64,000 nucleotides of DNA from Nitrospirota bacterium (GTDB lineage: Bacteria > Nitrospirota > UBA9217): the NCBI GenBank assembly GCA_963751455.1, contig CAVVUN010000009.1:256001-320000 (forward strand), read 5' to 3'. This document shows, piece after piece, positions 58,942 through 64,000 of the stretch; position 1 is the stretch's first letter, and every line of letters begins with the position of its first letter. The translations under genes were made by a program, and so were the position numbers. Under the pieces are notes generated by a model, which was not told the DNA's origin, searched no databases, and saw only the letters and a list, made by a program, of their open reading frames with translations.

Positions 58942-59607
58942 ATGAAACGTACCGTTCTCCTGACCGGCGGATCACGAGGAATAGGTTCAGCCGTGAAAAA
59001 GCGGTTGAGCAGCGAAGACATGGAAATATTGGCTCCAGGAAGGGCGGAACTCGATTTGCTCTCCAATGAATCGATCGGTTCCTTTCTGGCTTCACTGAAG
59101 CGTCCTGTGGACGTCCTGATAAACAATGCCGGAATCAATCATCTTGCATCCGTCGAGGAGATCACGACGGATACTTTGGAGGCGATGGTGCAGGTGAATT
59201 TAACGGCCCCCCTTAGGATTATTCAGGGCACACTGCCCGGAATGAAGAAAAACCGGTATGGAAGGATTCTTAACGTAAGTTCGATATTCGGAATTGTTTC
59301 AAAGGAGCGGCGCTTGCTGTATTCCGCCACAAAATCCGGGCTGATAGGAATGACAAAAACGCTTGCACTGGAACTGGGGCCGTTTAATATTCTGGTCAAC
59401 TGCATTGCCCCGGGCTATGTTTTGACCGAGTTGACGAGACAGAACAACAGCCCCGAAGAACTGAAACGGATTTCCTCATCCATCCCTCTCAATCGGATTG
59501 CGGAACCTTCAGAGATAGCCGAGGTTGCTGCATTCCTGTGCTCCGACAGGAACACGTATATAACGGGGCAGGCCATAGTTGTGGACGGGGGATTTACATG
59601 CAGGTGA
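58942..59607 (+). CDS. classical SDR oxidoreductase
   Basis: TGGSRGIG, NNAG, YSATK, N.IAPG, YITGQ...VDGG. Confidence 0.9.
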   Translation: MKRTVLLTGGSRGIGSAVKKRLSSEDMEILAPGRAELDLLSNESIGSFLASLKRPVDVLINNAGINHLASVEEITTDTLEAMVQVNLTAPLRIIQGTLPGMKKNRYGRILNVSSIFGIVSKERRLLYSATKSGLIGMTKTLALELGPFNILVNCIAPGYVLTELTRQNNSPEELKRISSSIPLNRIAEPSEIAEVAAFLCSDRNTYITGQAIVVDGGFTCR

Positions 59608-60677
59608 TCAACATCAAATCCGCTGTGCGGAATTATACTGTCTCATTCCCGGTTCGAGACGATTTTGTGGGTGAATTGACCTCCAGGGCGGATTGCTTGT
59701 TTGTCATTGACAGTACTGTATGGAATCTTCACAAGGACGGCTGTCTCAATCAATTAACAAAATCAGATAAGATAATTTTACCAGTCGCTGAAGAGCGAAA
59801 GAATCTTGACAGCGTTCAAGAGTTGTATGACGGATTTATGGACCGGTCGGCAAAGAAGAACATGACCATGATAACGATTGGAGGGGGCATTCTCCAGGAC
59901 GTCTCCGGCTTCGCCGCTTCTACCCTCTACAGAGGCATCAACTGGATATTCATGCCTACGACTCTGCTTGCCCAGGCAGACAGCTGCATAGGGAGCAAAA
60001 CATCCCTTAACTATAAACGATTTAAAAACCTGGTTGGAACGTTCTATCCGCCTTCAGAAGTGTACATATACACTCCCTTTCTCGAGACATTGAAGCCGAT
60101 AGATTTCTTCAGCGGGTTAGGAGAGGTCATCAAACTCCATATTATGGGTGGTCAACAGAAAACAGACGAATTGATTACCATATGGTCCGATCTTGTTCAG
60201 CGTAAACCTGAATCACTGATGTCAGCTGTACAGAACTGTCTTGCAATTAAACAGAGTTACATGGAGAACGATGAGTTTGACACCGGACGAAGAAATCTTC
60301 TGAATTTCGGCCATTGTTTCGGCCATGCTCTGGAAACAGTGAGCCACTATCGTATTCCTCATGGTCAAGCTGTGGTAATAGGGATGCTTTTTGCAAACAT
60401 AGTAGCCAAAAACATGGGGATACTCGGTTCCGCAACTGAGGATTATCTTGCACACAAGCTGCTCTTGAGTGCGGTCAATGCGAAGATAACGCGGTCCGAT
60501 CTTGACGCAAAACACATTGCTGAAGCCATGAAAAAGGACAAAAAGAGGGTCGGAAAAGATCTTGTTATTGTCTTAATGACTGAAGATTTCATCTTTGAAA
60601 AAATAACCAATTTCCGCGAAGAAGATCTGGCCCCAGGGATTGACGAACTTATAAACGTACTGCAATTGACTGAGTGA
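59598..60677 (+). CDS. 3-dehydroquinate synthase-like (sugar-phosphate cyclase family) protein
   Basis: GGG..QD, PTTLLAQADS.IG.K, KNLVG.F, LNFGHCFGHALE, PHGQAV. Confidence 0.85.
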   Translation: MQVINIKSAVRNYTVSFPVRDDFVGELTSRADCLFVIDSTVWNLHKDGCLNQLTKSDKIILPVAEERKNLDSVQELYDGFMDRSAKKNMTMITIGGGILQDVSGFAASTLYRGINWIFMPTTLLAQADSCIGSKTSLNYKRFKNLVGTFYPPSEVYIYTPFLETLKPIDFFSGLGEVIKLHIMGGQQKTDELITIWSDLVQRKPESLMSAVQNCLAIKQSYMENDEFDTGRRNLLNFGHCFGHALETVSHYRIPHGQAVVIGMLFANIVAKNMGILGSATEDYLAHKLLLSAVNAKITRSDLDAKHIAEAMKKDKKRVGKDLVIVLMTEDFIFEKITNFREEDLAPGIDELINVLQLTE

Positions 60678-60996
60678 TAGCTTTATTGTCTCATGAAAAC
60701 GACTTTCAGTTCTGTGGAGTAAGCACATCTGTGGCAGAGATACTCCCTTCATTATAAGTATTAACCTTCCTTCAATCCTCAAGGCAGCAAATGGCAACAA
60801 TGCGCAAATTAAATCAGTTTAATGCAGGAATAAACCCCGTACGATTCTTGTTCATCCCTTGTAATTGATATTTGGAATGAAGCGTGCTACGCTTAATTCT
60901 GTAACATCTGCTGTCCAAGTCTTGATAATCACACTTCCGATGGAATAAAAATATCTCCCCGCATGGGCTCTCGGAATAGCGATAAGGACATAATAG

Positions 60997-62010
60997 ATGA
61001 AGACTATCAGTATCGTCACGCCCTGTTACAACGAAGAAGAAAATGTAGAAAAGGTATATTGGGAAACAAAGAAAGTATTCGAAAGGCTTCGAAACTATTC
61101 TTACGAACACATATTTATCGACAATGCGTCTCGTGATGGAACGGTTCGAGTTCTCAAAGCAATTGCGAAACACGATAAAAAGGTAAAGATTATTGTGAAT
61201 AATCGTAATTTCGGGCATATACGCTCTCCGTTTTACGGCCTTTTGCAATCGACAGGGGATGCTGTCGTATTGCTGTGTGCGGATATGCAGGATCCGCCGA
61301 CCATGATCATTGATTTTGTTAACAAATGGAATGAAGGATACAAGGTCGTTTTAGGAGTAAAGAAAACGAGCCAGGAATCAGCGGCCATGTTCGCCATACG
61401 AAAACTGTATTACTATATTATTCATTCCCTGTCTGAAGTCCCGATTACTAAAAATCATACCGGGTTCGGATTATATGACAGGGAGGTTATCGATATTATG
61501 AGAAAACTCGGTGACCCGTATCCGTATTTCAGAGGTCTCATTTCCGATCTCGGGTACGAAAGCGCAAAGATATATTACGATCAGCCAAAAAGAAAACGAG
61601 GCATTTCAAAAAACAATTTTTACACACTCTACGATATGGCAATGCTCGGCATTACGAATCATTCCAAAGTTCCGCTTCGTCTTGCCACAATGCTGGGTTT
61701 CGCAATCGCTGCCTTGAGTCTCGTCGTTGCTTTCTGCTATTTTGTTGCCAAGCTTATTTTTTGGGATCGATTCAGCCTCGGCACAGCTCCCCTGATCATC
61801 AGTTTGTTCTTCTTTTCGTCTGTTCAATTATTTTTTATCGGAATTATCGGCGAATATATCGGATCCATACATACCCAAATATTAAAAAGACCCCTGGTCG
61901 TTGAAAAGGAAAGAATCAATTTCAATTCAAATGATGTCCTGGATTCACATGACGGAGAAATTTCGGGCGTCATGAAGGACAAAACTGTAAAGCATGAAGT
62001 TTTCCAATAA
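60997..62010 (+). CDS. GtrB-like polyprenyl-phosphate glycosyltransferase (GT2 + 2 TM)
   Basis: PCYNEE, DNAS.DGT, RNFG, ADMQDPP, C-terminal TMs, GEYIG. Confidence 0.88.
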   Translation: MKTISIVTPCYNEEENVEKVYWETKKVFERLRNYSYEHIFIDNASRDGTVRVLKAIAKHDKKVKIIVNNRNFGHIRSPFYGLLQSTGDAVVLLCADMQDPPTMIIDFVNKWNEGYKVVLGVKKTSQESAAMFAIRKLYYYIIHSLSEVPITKNHTGFGLYDREVIDIMRKLGDPYPYFRGLISDLGYESAKIYYDQPKRKRGISKNNFYTLYDMAMLGITNHSKVPLRLATMLGFAIAALSLVVAFCYFVAKLIFWDRFSLGTAPLIISLFFFSSVQLFFIGIIGEYIGSIHTQILKRPLVVEKERINFNSNDVLDSHDGEISGVMKDKTVKHEVFQ

Positions 62011-62452
62011 TGCTATTCAAACACAATTGAACAGCCACAGCGTCAAGACGAAATTTGTGATAGTTGGAATCTGGAATACATTTTTCGGCTATCTGGTATT
62101 TTATTTACTTGACTCGCTGTTCAGTTCTCGCTTGCAAACAAGAGCTGTTGCTTACATGAGCGCGATGACGTTTGCGCAGATCATTGGCGTCATAAACGCG
62201 TATTTATCCCACAAAAGAATAACATTCGAGACATATACGAAGGGAAGGGGAACGGTCATTGAGTTTTTTCGTTTTACCGTCACCTACGTCTTTTCGTTTT
62301 GTGTTAACGTTCTTTTATTGCCGGTCCTTGTTGAATCAATGAGCATCGATCCGAAAATCGCTGGTTTGATTCTTGTCATAATAACGACAATAACAAGTTA
62401 TCTTGGCCATTCAAGATTCTCATTTAAAAAGAAACTGCCGGAATTACAGTGA
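61994..62452 (+). CDS. GtrA family flippase
   Basis: KFVIVG..NT..GY, four TMs, F.RF, SY.....FSF. Confidence 0.85.
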   Translation: MKFSNNAIQTQLNSHSVKTKFVIVGIWNTFFGYLVFYLLDSLFSSRLQTRAVAYMSAMTFAQIIGVINAYLSHKRITFETYTKGRGTVIEFFRFTVTYVFSFCVNVLLLPVLVESMSIDPKIAGLILVIITTITSYLGHSRFSFKKKLPELQ

Positions 62453-62603
62453 CTTTCGGGTAATTTAGATCTGCATTGATTTTAAACCCTCTGGATATTT
62501 CTCCGGCTTCTCCTGCTTTTGTTCTGAATTAAATCTCGGACCTATGGAGAACTGACTCAGCGTGAATTACGCGGATAAGACATTAACGAATAAAGCAGCT
62601 GTG

Positions 62604-64000
62604 ATGAAATATGCATCTGCGATTCATTATTTTGTCTGCAGTTTAGGGCTGATCGGACTCTCAAAATATCTATCTCTCATTCTCGGATCATTTCTATTCA
62701 AATCCCATGAACGTCTGCAAATTAACGAATATCTTGTAGCATATTTCTTCTATCCTGAAAAACGGTACGAGCTTCTGCATTACAGCTTGATACTGGCTCT
62801 TCTGGTCTCATACTATTTTTGTGTCCATATCATTTTCAATAGAATAATCAGGAAACGCCAGGGATCTATTGAGAACTTTAGCTCCTTTTTAACGGCTGAA
62901 ATAGTCGTTCTTTGTTTTAACCTCATTCTGCTTAATCCTCATAATATCCGCAACGCCTGGAGACTCATTTTGGGGGTATGTCTGTGGTTGATTCTCTTAT
63001 TTGCTCCTTTACTACAACAGTATCTCGAGCTGTCGCAGCGTAAACTCGATCGATATTACTACGTGGTACTATCCATTGTTATTGTACAATTCATTTTTGT
63101 TTTTTCACCGTTTATTATTCATGAGCCAAAAATGATAAATGAGTTTCTTGATATTCCGGAAAAAACGTTTATACAGAAGGAAGGCAGGCATGATAATTAT
63201 TCGGAGAAACGCGCCAACAACAGCGACAAGGATTACTTGACATTGATTGACAACAGCACATTTATAAATCACTTCAGACTGTTCGGGACGCACCTGAAAT
63301 ATGACTTACTTAATGATAAAGGCCAAGACCCTGTTCCTTCAATCGGAAATTACATTTTGTTTCCAAAAACGCCTAATCTTCAAAATTTTATTAATGACAA
63401 AGAACTGAATAGGGGTCTGAAATACTATTACGACGATCGGTATTCGGTTTTAGTTGCCATCGACAAAATATCTGCACTGGAAAAGACAGCTCTGAGCAAC
63501 CTCGCAAATGAGGAAAACAACAAAAAAGCCATTGAAGTGTTCTGCGATTCAAATGCCGGCGTTGTCCAACCCTCAAAGAGCGAAAACTATTCCGGTCCGG
63601 TGAAGGATTTTCTTAAAAAAAATGCCTTTGAAATACACTGGCAGATTTTGAATCGATGGGTAATTCATCATCATAATTTTACCCTGGCTCCTATGAACGA
63701 ATACGATCTTGGAAAAAATGTGAAAGATATTTACGCCCAGTACGGGCTTTTGAACCTGATTGTTACAAAAAAAGTCCTTGATCTGATTGGAGGGCTGAAT
63801 TATCAGAATTATCTGAAGACGTGGTTCTCGTATTACTATATTTATTATGGATTATTGTTTGTTCTGATAATATTCCTGTTCCGTGATGTGAAGTATGCGA
63901 CGCTGATTATTATCTTAGTTTCTTATCTGGTGACATCTGTCGGTTTCAATTATCTGTTTCTTGGTCCCGGTCTAAATCCTATCAGGCACTTTTTCGACAT
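62604..64000 (+). CDS. large polytopic membrane protein, possible GT-C (GtrC-like); runs off window end
   Basis: Frame appears open from ATG 62604 to window end by manual reading; several TM segments, large soluble loop, HHHNF...AQYG motif; follows gtrB-gtrA. Confidence 0.65.
   Translation, partial: MKYASAIHYFVCSLGLIGLSKYLSLILGSFLFKSHERLQINEYLVAYFFYPEKRYELLHYSLILALLVSYYFCVHIIFNRIIRKRQGSIENFSSFLTAEIVVLCFNLILLNPHNIRNAWRLILGVCLWLILLFAPLLQQYLELSQRKLDRYYYVVLSIVIVQFIFVFSPFIIHEPKMINEFLDIPEKTFIQKEGRHDNYSEKRANNSDKDYLTLIDNSTFINHFRLFGTHLKYDLLNDKGQDPVPSIGNYILFPKTPNLQNFINDKELNRGLKYYYDDRYSVLVAIDKISALEKTALSNLANEENNKKAIEVFCDSNAGVVQPSKSENYSGPVKDFLKKNAFEIHWQILNRWVIHHHNFTLAPMNEYDLGKNVKDIYAQYGLLNLIVTKKVLDLIGGLNYQNYLKTWFSYYYIYYGLLFVLIIFLFRDVKYATLIIILVSYLVTSVGFNYLFLGPGLNPIRHFFD

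Overview
Bacterial chromosomal segment; gene content suggests a Nitrospirota/Desulfobacterota-like anaerobe (inference). 1-23.4 kb is mostly core and physiology genes: PAS hybrid kinase, mltD, queE, rqcH, ppx, triheme c7 cytochrome, AmmeMemoRadiSam enzyme, archease-rtcB, carbonic anhydrase, a TetR/HlyD/ABC-2 efflux operon, rubredoxin, protoglobin-PsiE and CBS-HPP. Many frameshifts in the first ~10 kb look like sequencing indels. About 23.6-36 kb is an accessory region whose core is an integrase-less integron cassette array (CALIN) on the minus strand. It has at least six attC-like sites, four with ATT instead of GTT at the R' box, and two gene-less cassettes. An IS1182 sits exactly in an attC GTT and an IS91 remnant heads the array. 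Its AT-rich cargo looks like anti-phage defence: a HEPN protein, a PD-(D/E)xK nuclease with an EF-Tu-domain-II-like barrel, and a nuclease-TPR protein. 36-43 kb holds a cupin, a hybrid kinase, a heme c-CopD-cytochrome b5 fusion, prmA, rplU-rpmA and obgE. 43-64 kb is an LPS/O-antigen locus. Its rfbFGH + NeuB-like + ThDP + SDR + DHQS-like + GtrBA(C) block is inferred to make a long C4-branched 3,6-dideoxy sugar (caryophyllose/yersiniose type). No rRNA, tRNA, CRISPR array or integron integrase was seen. All calls are by eye, with no database searches.
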